Assembly: GCA_021801885.1 (NCBI GenBank) | Contig: JAKABL010000001.1 | Location: 1 to 30,494, forward strand | Direction of reading: 5' to 3' | Length of the DNA stretch: 30,494 bases | DNA from: a bacterium | Lineage (GTDB): Bacteria > Patescibacteriota > Minisyncoccia > UBA6257 > 2-01-FULL-56-20 | In this document: piece by piece, positions 17,401 through 27,159 of the stretch | Position numbering within the stretch: position 1 is the first letter of the stretch | Layout: each line of letters begins with the position of its first letter | Translations under genes and position numbers: made by a program | The notes under the pieces: generated by a model | Seen by the model: the letters and a program-made list of their open reading frames with translations, nothing else | Told to the model about the DNA's origin: nothing | Database searches by the model: none

Positions 17401-20400
17401 TCGATGCCTTGAAGATATTGCCGAACTTGCGCGACAGCGTGAAGTATTCGTTCTCACTGAGGATCTGACCGATGCGGAGCTTCTCAAGGTAGTCCTTCGT
17501 GGTGTCCGCGGCTTCCATGATCTCCCCTTTCACTTCCTTGTCCTTGTTGCCGACGGTCTTCAGCTTGCCCTTGAGCTCGCGCTCGAGTTCTTCGAGGGCC
17601 GCCTTGCGGTTCTCCTCTTTTATGTCCGTGATGATGTACGCGGAATAGTAGATCACGCGCTCAAGCTTCTGCGCCGACACGTCGAGCGCGAGCGAAAGGC
17701 GCGAAGGAATGGACTTAAGGAACCAGATATGCGACACCGGCGTCGCGAGCGCGATATGGCCGATGCGTTCGCGGCGGACGGCCGCGCGCGTCACTTCGAC
17801 GCCGCACTTGTCGCACACCACGCCCTTATAGCGGATGCGGCGATACTTGCCACAGTAGCATTCATAATCCTTCGTGGGACCGAAGATCCGCTCGCTGAAG
17901 AGGCCATCCTTCTCCGGACGCTGCGTGCGGTAGTTGATGGTCTCCGGTTTGGTGACCTCGCCGTGCGACCACCGGAGGATATCCTCGGGCGACGCCACGC
18001 TGATCTTGAGCGCGGAGAAATTGTCCTTGCGATCGGTCTCCGACTCATAGAGCGGCTGGATGTTGAACGCAAGCGACTTCAATTCATTGACGAGCACGTT
18101 GAACGATGCGGGGACGTTCGGTTCTTTGATCTGCTCGCCGCGGATGATCGATTCGTAGGCCGCCGCGCGTCCGACGACGTCGTCGGATTTGATCGTGAGC
18201 ATTTCCTGGAGCGTATGGCGCGCGCCATATCCCTCGAGGGCCCACACCTCCATTTCGCCGAAGCGCTGTCCGCCGAACTGCGCCTTACCGCCGAGCGGCT
18301 GCTGGGTGATCAAAGAGTAGGGACCGATCGAACGCATGTGCGCCTTGTCCTCCACGAGGTGGTTGAGCTTGAGCATGTAGATCTGTCCCACCATCACGCG
18401 GTTCTGGAAAGGCTCTCCCGTGCGTCCGTCGAAGAGCGTTGCCTTGGCATCCTCCGGAAGGCCTGCCCTCTTGAGTTCCGTGCGGATGTCCGCTTCGGTG
18501 GCCGAATCGAGACCCGGAGTGATCGCGCGATAACCGAGCTTGGAGGCTGCCCACCCGAGATGGGTCTCGAGGATCTGTCCGAGGTTCATGCGGGATACGA
18601 CACCGAGCGGATTCAGGATGATGTCCACCGGCGTGCCATCTTCGAGGTACGGCATGTCTTCCACGGCGCGGACCTGCGAAATGACACCCTTGTTGCCGTG
18701 ACGGCCGGCGAGCTTGTCGCCTGCCTGCACCTTGCGGAGCTCCGCGATCTCCACCTGGATACGGCGGATGATGCCCGGTTCGAGCTTGTCGCCGCGCTCG
18801 CGGTCGAAGATCTTCACGTTGACGACGCGCCCCACCTTGCCGTGCGGGAGCGTGAGCGACGTGTCCTTCACGTCGCGCGCCTTCTCGCCGAAAATAGCGC
18901 GGAGGAGACGTTCTTCGGAGGTAAGCTCCGACTCGCCCTTCGGGGAGATCTTGCCGACGAGGATATCCCCCGCCTTCACTTCCGCACCGATGCGCACAAT
19001 ACCCTCCTCGTCGAGGTTCTTGAGCTTATCCTCGGAGACGTTCGGAATATCATAGGTCGTCACCTCGGGACCGAGCTTCGTGTCGCGCACATCGCAGGAA
19101 TATTCATCGATATGGATCGAGGTGAAGCGGTCCTCCTGGACCACGCGCTCGGAAATGATGATGGCGTCCTCATAGTTCGCACCTTCCCACGATACGAACG
19201 CCACAAGGAGATTCTGCCCGAGCGCAAGGACGCCGTTCTCGATCGAGGGGCCGTCCGCGAGGATCTGCCCCTTCTTCACTTTCTCGCCCCGCACCACGAG
19301 CGGCTTCTGTGAGATACAGGTGAACTGGTTGGAGCGCTTGAACTTCTCGAGCGTATAGGTCTTGGTCGCCTTCTCGTACTTCACCTTGATATGGCTGCCG
19401 TCGGCCTCCATCACCTCACCGGGGCCCTCCGCAAGGATCACGTAGCCCGAATCGAGGGCCACCTTCTCCTCCTGACCGGTCGAAACGTACGGCGCATCGG
19501 GATTCACGGACACCACGGCCTGGCGTTGCATGTTCGAACCCATGAGGGCGCGGTTCGCGTCATCGTGCTGGAGGAATGGAATGAGCGACGTAGCCACGGA
19601 AATGAACTCGTTCGCGGCGATATCAATGAAATCGATGTCTTCCGGCGCGCACGTGCCCGGCTCGCCCTTGATGCGGGTCTCGAGCGCGGTGCCGATGAGC
19701 GCACCCTTTTCATCCCGAGGACTGCCCGCATGGGTGATCTTATATTTCTCCTCTTCCGAAGCGTCCATCCAGACGATCTCGTCGGTCACGGCGCCGTTCT
19801 TCACGCGCGCATAGGGCGCCTCGAGGAACCCGAAGTCATTGATGCGGGTGTAACTTGCAAGATAGTTGATAAGTCCCACGTTCGAACCTTCCGGCGTCTG
19901 AATCGGGCAGATGCGTCCGTAATGGGAGCGATGCACGTCGCGCACCTCGAAGGACGCGCGTTCACGCGTGAGACCGCCGGGACCGAGCGCGGAAATGCGG
20001 CGCTTGTGTTCAAGCTCCGCGAGCGGGTTCACCTGGTCCATGAACTGGGACAGCTGGGATGACGCGAAGAACTCCTTGATGACCGCCGCGATAGGGCGGA
20101 AATTGACGAGCTGCGCGGGCTGGAGCGAATCCTTGTCCTCCGTCGACATGCGGTCCTGAATGATGCGGCGCAAGCGCGCAAGGCCGATGCGAAGCCGGCC
20201 CTGGAGCAGTTCGCCCACCGCCTTGAGGCGGCGATTGCCGAGATGGTCGATGTCGTCCTGTTCGGCTTCCGGATCGTTGTTGAGGCGGATGATCTCCTTC
20301 ACGATCGCAATGAGGTCTTCCTTCTCGAGAAGCTTCGTGCTGCGCTTCCGGTCGAGGTCGAGACGCTGATTCATCTTGTAGCGGCCCACATCGGAAAGAT

Positions 20401-21187
20401 CGTAGCGATCGGCGCGTTCGAACATCGCCGCAATAAGGTTGCGCGCGGTCTCCGCGTTCGCGGGATCGCCCGGACGGAGGCGGCGGTAGATCTCGACGTA
20501 CGATTCATCGGCATCCTTCGCGACATCCTTCTTAAGGGTCGCATCGATGTATTTGATGAGGCCGGTATCCGCGCCTTCGAAGGCCTTCTTGATGTCGTCG
20601 GTCGTCATGCCGAAGATGCGCAAAAGGTCCGTCACCGGAACCTTCCGATGGCGGTCGATCTTCACGCCGATATCGCCGTTCGCATCGGTCTCGAACTCGA
20701 GCCATGCGCCGCGGTTCGGGATGATCTTCGCGCCGAAAAGCTGATGGCCGCGATACGGCACTGCGGTAAAGTACACGCCCGGTGAACGGACGAGCTGCGA
20801 AACAACGACGCGCTCCACGCCGTTGATGATGAACGTACCCCGCGCGGTCATGATCGGGAAATCCCCGAAATACACTTCCTGCTTCTGTTCCCTCCCCGTG
20901 CGGTTGTTCACGAGGCGCAATGTGCAACGAAGCGGGGCCTCGTAGGTGGCTTCCTTATAGCGCGCGGTCACTTCGTCATACTTCGGCTCGTCAAAACGAT
21001 AGTCCGAAAAATAAAGCGCAAATTCCTTCCCCGTATGGTCAAGGATCGGAGAAATCTCCTCGAGGAGCTCATTGAGGCCTTTTTTGAGGAACCATTCATA
21101 GGACTTCAGCTGCGCCTCGTTGAGATTGAGGGGCGAAATGAGGGGTTTTGATTTTGAGAAGTCCTTTGTGGAAGTGAATTTTGCCAT
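14432..21187 (-). CDS. rpoBC: Fused DNA-directed RNA polymerase beta/beta' subunit
   Basis: Single 2251-aa ORF with RpoB motifs (SQFMDQ...[38 protein letters not shown]) continuing into RpoC ([32 protein letters not shown]). Confidence 0.97.
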   Translation of the reverse strand: [2251 protein letters not shown]

Positions 21188-21271
21188 GGTTATGAAAAGT
21201 TATTTTCTGTCAAGACCCTCAACGCGCAAAAAACGGCTAGTCCCTACATGAAGTTCCGAGGGATTTCCGTT

Positions 21272-22288
21272 TCAATGGCTTTCTAAGTATTTAACTCTAT
21301 TTGCGGTTTGTTCGTCAAGGGTCTTGGCGAATATAGTCTTCCCCGTCGCCGGGTCGCTCAGGTAATACCAATAGGGAGAATTTTGGGGATGAAGCGCAGC
21401 CGTGATCGCGGAAGCGCCGGGATTTCCGATGGGGCCGGGGGGGAGGCCCTCATATAGATAGGTATTATAGGGCGACTTCATTTTGAAGTCAAGCGGGGTG
21501 AGCGAGGCACAGGAGGTCGAGGCCCCATGGGCAGCGAGCAGGGCGCCATAGCACACCGTGGCATCCACGTCGAGCGGCATCCCCGCCCTGATCCGCTTCA
21601 AAAGGATCCCCGCCACGATCTCTTGATCGGTCAGATCGGGAACCTCCTTTTCGAGGATGGAGGCGAGGATGAGCGTACGCATCTCGGCAGTGCCGGACGC
21701 GGGATCCGTCGAAGTGCCGAGACCCGCCGCCGCAAAGAGCGGCGCGGCCTTGGCGGCAAATCCCGCCCTCATCTCCGCGACGACCGACGTCGCCGAGGAA
21801 TCGGTGTAGAACTGGTAGGTGTCCGGGAAGAGCGTTCCTTCGAGGTTGCCGTCCGTGCCGGAGGCTTGAAGCGCCACAAGTGCCCCCGGTTTGATCACGA
21901 GCGCATCGCTCAAAAGACGGTCGATCTGAAAGAGATTGTCACCCTCGGGAATGGTTACGGTCGCTTCATTCGCATGAGGATTCGTAAGGATACTAAGGAT
22001 GGCGGCGCTCGTCATGGAAGGAGCGAGACGATACAGACCCGGCCGGACCATGGTCGCGCGACCCACAAAGAACGCATAGGCATCGAAGGCGGATGCGGAA
22101 CGGACGAGGTGAGCAGCCGCAAGACGATCGGCCACCGCGCGAAGTCCCTGTCCCGCCACGACCTCAAAGGTCCTCGGAGAAGCGTCCTTTGCGTCGGCGG
22201 GAGAAAGTGCATAGAGGAAAAGGCCCGCCACGCATGCGACGAGCGCGAGCGTTGCCCCTGCGACCATGGTGGTACGGCGACGGTTCAT
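21272..22288 (-). CDS. mltG: Endolytic transglycosylase MltG (YceG family)
   Basis: N-terminal TM; VTIPEG, LEGTLFPDTY, LILASILEKE, SPYNTYLYEGLPPGPIGNPG. Confidence 0.95.
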   Translation of the reverse strand: MNRRRTTMVAGATLALVACVAGLFLYALSPADAKDASPRTFEVVAGQGLRAVADRLAAAHLVRSASAFDAYAFFVGRATMVRPGLYRLAPSMTSAAILSILTNPHANEATVTIPEGDNLFQIDRLLSDALVIKPGALVALQASGTDGNLEGTLFPDTYQFYTDSSATSVVAEMRAGFAAKAAPLFAAAGLGTSTDPASGTAEMRTLILASILEKEVPDLTDQEIVAGILLKRIRAGMPLDVDATVCYGALLAAHGASTSCASLTPLDFKMKSPYNTYLYEGLPPGPIGNPGASAITAALHPQNSPYWYYLSDPATGKTIFAKTLDEQTANRVKYLESH

Positions 22289-22339
22289 GAAGAAACTATA
22301 AAGAAAATATGGCGCGTCCGCGCGATCGTGGAGGGTGTA

Positions 22340-23389
22340 TCATGCAAGCCGTTTTCTTATTGAATTGACGATCGCAAGAAGAAACCCGTCGGCAAGCAAA
22401 CTTGATCCGCCGTAGCTCAAAAACGGGAATGTCACGCCAACGACGGGGGTAAGTCCCGTCGCCGATCCTGCATTCAAAAGGAACTGCGTCGAAAACATGA
22501 TGGCCGTTCCCATGCAGATGAATTTTTCCAAATTCTCGTCGGCAAGCGCACCGATCCGCACGATCTGGGATATCAGGAAAAAGAACGCACCGCATACGAC
22601 GAGCGCGCCGAGAAGCCCCCATTCTTCGACGACCGCCGAAAAGATAAAGTCCTCCGTCGGTTGGGAGAGAAACCCGAGCTGGGTCTGCGTCCCCTGCCCG
22701 TATCCCTTACCGAACCAGCCCGATGAGCCGATCGCGATCTTCGATTGGATCACGCTGTAATTGATGCCAAGGGCATTCTCTTGGGGCGCGAGATACCCCG
22801 CAATGCGCGCACGCTGATATCCTTTGAGCGCGAAGTTCCACGTGAGCGCGAGGGCTGCGATAAGGACCGCAAGTGCCACCAGCATGCGCCGCATAGGCAG
22901 ACCGAGAAATATGAGAAACCCGAACCAGATGCAGAAAAAGATGATCGCCGAACTGAGGTCCGGGAGCTTGATGGAAATCGCCGCCGGGATAGCGAAGAAG
23001 AGGAAGGAGACAAGAATGGTCTTCCATCGTGCGATAGCAAGATGACGCCTGCTGAAGTAGTTCGCAAAGAGAAGGATGAGGGCCACCTTCATGAATTCGA
23101 CCGGCTGCAGCGTGAGCGGCCCGAGCACGATCCAGCTGTGCGTATGCCGCACAAGCGGCGAGGCGAGAAGGGCCACGAGCATAAGGAGGACGCCAAAGCC
23201 ATACATCCCCTGCACCACCCATCGCGAATTGAAAACCGAACGTGCGTCGATCTTTATGAACAGCACCACGAGACACGCGGCAAGCGCCGTCCAGATGATC
23301 TGAAATATGAACGAATGAAGGGAAAGCGTCGAGAGCGCGATGAGCCCCATGCCCACGAGCACGCCCGCCGGAAGGAAAAGTGCAAGCAT
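22340..23389 (-). CDS. rodA: SEDS family peptidoglycan glycosyltransferase (RodA/FtsW)
   Basis: Multi-TM; SWIVLGPLTLQPVEFMK, QSKIAIGSSGWFGKG, EDFIFSAVVEEWG, GVTFPFLSYGGSS. Confidence 0.9.
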   Translation of the reverse strand: MLALFLPAGVLVGMGLIALSTLSLHSFIFQIIWTALAACLVVLFIKIDARSVFNSRWVVQGMYGFGVLLMLVALLASPLVRHTHSWIVLGPLTLQPVEFMKVALILLFANYFSRRHLAIARWKTILVSFLFFAIPAAISIKLPDLSSAIIFFCIWFGFLIFLGLPMRRMLVALAVLIAALALTWNFALKGYQRARIAGYLAPQENALGINYSVIQSKIAIGSSGWFGKGYGQGTQTQLGFLSQPTEDFIFSAVVEEWGLLGALVVCGAFFFLISQIVRIGALADENLEKFICMGTAIMFSTQFLLNAGSATGLTPVVGVTFPFLSYGGSSLLADGFLLAIVNSIRKRLA

Positions 23390-23469
23390 AACAGGTTACG
23401 ATAAGGAAATATATGGGAGCCGGCCGCCACGACGCGTGCCCGCGTGTTGCATTGGGTACGATTGTATCC

Positions 23470-24195
23470 TCATTTCAATCCGTAGACAAGCACGGTGCTC
23501 GCCGCAGGATCGATGGATCCGGTCTGCGGATACATAACGGAGAAATCGACGGTTTGGCCCGGCGTTACGTTATTGATCTCGGTTTGCGAAACGCCGATAG
23601 GCGCGCCGTTCGTACCAAGGAATATCGCGTCCACAAAGACGTATCTCGTCGTTGCAATGTTCGCGTTCGTAAGCTGTCCGCTCACCGAGACCGTGGAAGA
23701 AGTGCCCTGCGTCGCTGTATTTTCCACGGAAAAATCGGGTAATGTGCCAAGGGTGGATGAGGCCTGCCAATACGCCCTCGTGAGAGAAAGACCCGCACGT
23801 ACGAACGCGCTCGAAATCGTGACGTTCGGCACGACGAGATATTTCGTCTGCCCTTGGTAGACGAACGAACTTTCAGGGATGGATTGAATGACCGTACCCG
23901 ATGCATCGTAAAGATCGATCGCATAGCCAAGATAGGTCGCCGCGTAATCCGGATCGGTATTGGCAACCTGAGCGAGGAACGTATAGTGGTGCGGCGCGGT
24001 GACAAACGTCCATACGGTCGAAGTGGCGAGAGGCGCCGTGCCCGTGGGCGCACAGGTCGCTTCCGTGCAGGGAGGGGCCGGAGGGGTGGGAGGAGCGACG
24101 AAACGCACGGCAAAGTAGACGATCGCAATGCATACCGCCCACAGCACAAGGTAGAACATCCCATAGATGAATTGCTTCGCGCGGCGCGTGGACAT
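23470..24195 (-). CDS. Membrane-anchored hypothetical protein with Ig-like extracellular domains
   Basis: 241 aa from ATG 24195 (TATAAT 6 nt upstream); N-terminal TM, Pro-rich linker, beta-rich domains (AIDLYD; VSGQLTN; AIFLG..GAPIG). Confidence 0.75.
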   Translation of the reverse strand: MSTRRAKQFIYGMFYLVLWAVCIAIVYFAVRFVAPPTPPAPPCTEATCAPTGTAPLATSTVWTFVTAPHHYTFLAQVANTDPDYAATYLGYAIDLYDASGTVIQSIPESSFVYQGQTKYLVVPNVTISSAFVRAGLSLTRAYWQASSTLGTLPDFSVENTATQGTSSTVSVSGQLTNANIATTRYVFVDAIFLGTNGAPIGVSQTEINNVTPGQTVDFSVMYPQTGSIDPAASTVLVYGLK

Positions 24196-24297
24196 ACGTC
24201 CATTATACGGCAAAACGGCAACGGTGATAAAATGATGGTGCGCCGTACAATGCCGCATGGCTGCGTACCGCTCCATAACGAACGAATCCCCATTCCC

Positions 24298-24846
24298 ATG
24301 CTCGCACTGACCATCGCCGCATATGCCATAGGCATCGTGATCATCGCCTGCGGAAGCGCGATCCTTATTTCGATGCAGATTGCCCGCAAAAGCGCTGCGC
24401 CATTTTTCCCAAGCATGGCAAGTACCATCCGCCTTGCACTCCGGGCCGCATCGCTCAAACCCGGCGAGACGTTCTACGATCTTGGCGCGGGAACCGGAAC
24501 ATCGCTCATTGTGGCCGCGCAGGAATTCCATGCGCGCGCTATCGGCATGGAGATAAGCGTCCTCCCCTATCTCATCGCTCGCGCGCGCATCGCCGTTACC
24601 CGCGCACGGCGCGCAACGGTACTTTTCCATGATCTTTTCAAGGAAGACCTCCGTTCCGCCGACGTCGTTTTTTGCTTTCTCGCGGACAGAGTACTTCCGC
24701 AGATCGAGATGAAACTCGCAAAAGAACTGGCTCCCGGCGCGCGCATCATAAGTTATGCCTTTCCCCTTCCCGGAATGATCCCCGACAGGATCGTTCCCGT
24801 TCACGGCGCATGGAAACTCTATCTCTACGTCATTAACAATAGATAA
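24298..24846 (+). CDS. Class I SAM-dependent methyltransferase with N-terminal TM
   Basis: APFFPS, FYDLGAGTG, GMEIS, ADVVFCFL, LAPGARIISYAF; resembles FAM173/DOT1-like protein methyltransferases. Confidence 0.85.
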   Translation: MLALTIAAYAIGIVIIACGSAILISMQIARKSAAPFFPSMASTIRLALRAASLKPGETFYDLGAGTGTSLIVAAQEFHARAIGMEISVLPYLIARARIAVTRARRATVLFHDLFKEDLRSADVVFCFLADRVLPQIEMKLAKELAPGARIISYAFPLPGMIPDRIVPVHGAWKLYLYVINNR

Positions 24847-24860
24847 CAAAAAACGGCACT

Positions 24861-24977
24861 TTGATGTCGGCACATCCTACTTTCCCCATAAATGAGTATC
24901 ATCGGATTGGGGCGCTTTCACTTCTCTGTTCGGAATGGGAAGAGGTGGGGCACGCCCGAATGAAGCACCGACATCAA
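24861..24977 (-). rRNA. rrf: 5S rRNA
   Basis: Terminal helix TTGATGTCGG/CCGACATCAA; conserved CCCATTCCGAAC and GTAGG segments on the minus strand. Confidence 0.93.
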
Positions 24978-25403
24978 AAAGCCGTTTCTTGGCTTGTGAA
25001 GAAGATTTTTATGTTCCTCGGGGACGGCATAAAATTCTTCTGAATTTTTGCCGAGGCACTCGGCGCCTTCGCGCCTCCGTGACTCCCCTCGGAGCACAAA
25101 AATCTTCTTCACAAATCCAAAACGTTCTTTCTGATTGTAGAAAGCTGTTTCTTTCTGCTTCGGAGGGAATGTCGGAGCCGCGCGCCGCCCAAGAGGCGGC
25201 TACGCAACCCGAGACCGAGAGCGGCCGGTCAGCAGACCGGAACGCCGTCCCTACAAAGCAGAAAGAAACAGCTAATGCAAGTCAGCATTGGGATGGTTGG
25301 CGGGGTTATTAGTACGCCTCGGCTAAAGTCCTTGCGAACCTTACACCTAGCGCCTATCAACGTGGTAGTCTTCCACGAAACCACGCATACCTAATCTTGG
25401 GGT

Positions 25404-25437
<34 letters not shown>

Positions 25438-25555
25438 CTTCCATACATAGCTACCCGGCAATTCAGCTGGTGCCAAAGCCGGTAGACCAGAGGTATGTTC
25501 AGCCCAGTCCTCTCGTACTAAGGCCAACTCCCCTCAAGTATGAACGCCTGCAGCA

Positions 25556-25596
<41 letters not shown>

Positions 25597-26960
25597 ACGT
25601 GCCACTTTAATTGGCGAACAGCCAAACGCTTGGGAGCTTCTCCACCCCCGCGCTGTGGCGAGCCGACATCGAGGTGCCGAGCATTGTCGTCGCTAGGGAC
25701 GCTCGGACAATACTAGCCTGTTATCCCCGGAGTAGCTTTTATCCGGTGTCTCCGGCCTTCCTATAAAGAAGCCGTCGGGTCACTAACTTCTGCTTTCGCA
25801 CCTGCTCGACTTGTAGGTCTCGCAGTCAAGCCGGCTTTTGCGTTTGCACGTCCTGCCCGATTTCCATCCGGGCTAAGCCGACCTTAATAAACTCCTCCGT
25901 TACTCTTTTGGAGGAAAACGCCCCATTTAAACTGCCTACCAAGCACTGTCTCAATTGGGTTTCCTTTCGGTCCCCAACCGGTTAGACGTCAAAATTGTAA
26001 AGATGGCTGTTTCATTGACGGATCCACGCGAACCGAAATCCGCGCTTCAAATCCTCACCACTACGCTACGCAGTACAACTCTGAAATCAATACCAAGCTG
26101 CAGTAAAGCTTCCGGGGTCTTTTCGTCCCGCTGCAGGTATCCCGCATCTTCACGGGAATTGCATTTTCACCGAGCTCATCGTTGAGACAGTTCTCCGGTC
26201 GTTACGCCTTTCGTGCGCTTCGGAACTTACCCGAAAAGGAATTGCGCTACCTTAGAACGATTATAGTTATCGCTGACATTGACGAGGGCTTGACTCAGTG
26301 AGCAAACGCATTGCTGCGCCACCCCCAAGCTTGACCTTCTCGCATCGGTCAGGCGTCACCCCCTATACATCCTGTTGCCAGTTAGCAGGGAGCTGTGTTT
26401 TTGGTAAACAGTCGCCAGAGAGACTTTCGCTGCGGCCCCGCCGATATTGCTATCGAAAGGGCAGGCCTTATCGCTAACTTACGGCCGCTATTTTGCCTAG
26501 TTCCTTAACGATGACTCACTCGTTCCCCTTGGGCTACTCGCCCTATACACCAGTGTCGGTTTCCGGTACGGAGACCACGCGCTCGATTTAGCGGATTTTT
26601 CTCGGAGGGCTCTTCACATCCGTCGACCAGGTAAGTTCCTGACCTTCCGTCGGTGGCCGCATGAACTTGCCACAAACGATGCCAAACCAATAAGACACGG
26701 ATGCTTATTTCCCTCGTCCTCCGGTTATGATCGCGCGGTCGGGCTGGAATATTAACCAGCTTCCCATCGACTGCCCCTTTCGGGATTGCCTTAGGACCGC
26801 CTAACCCGTGGATGATTGCCAGTGCCACGGAAACCTTGTATTTTCGGGGTTCCAATTTCTCATTGGGATTGTGGTTACTCATTCCAACATTCTCTCTTCC
26901 GGCCGCTCCAATCGCCCTCGCGGATCGATCTTCACTGCAGGCCGAAATGCTCTCCTACCA

Positions 26961-27159
26961 TTCACTGACTTCATTGAGGAGGCGAATGCATTGCACTCGC
27001 CAAAAGATATTCCTGTGAACCGAAAGGTCCGCGGATAAAAGTGGTGAAGCGGGCTGGGATTGAACCAGCGACCTTCGCATAGTTTTGCGACGCTCTCCCC
27101 ACTGAGCTACCGCCTCACGCACGTTCGAGGAAATGATTCTCCTCAATGAAGTCAGCGAA
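26961..27159 (-). other. Intervening sequence in 23S helix 45
   Basis: ~200 nt replacing the short H45 hairpin; closed by a perfect 17-bp stem 26965-26981/27139-27155. Confidence 0.88.
27042..27116 (-). ncRNA. tRNA-like element inside the 23S IVS (G3:U70, A73, CCA; 6-nt non-canonical anticodon loop)
   Basis: GAGGCGG TA GCTC AGTGGGGA GAGC G TCGCA AAACTA TGCGA AGGTC GCTGG TTCAATC CCAGC CCGCTTC A CCA folds into a full cloverleaf. Confidence 0.85.

Noticed and set aside
15983-19312. 1109-aa plus-strand ORF and other long ORFs antisense to rpoBC
   Set aside because: Antisense shadows of a GC-rich conserved gene; no recognisable motifs.
23470-24873. 467-aa (minus) and 330-aa (plus, 23854-24846) ORF calls
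   Set aside because: Over-extended; best explained by two divergent genes starting at 24195 (minus) and about 24298 (plus).
26110-26130. A at E. coli-equivalent 23S position 2057 as a macrolide-resistance mutation
   Set aside because: Paired with a compensatory U at 2611; a natural lineage variant.
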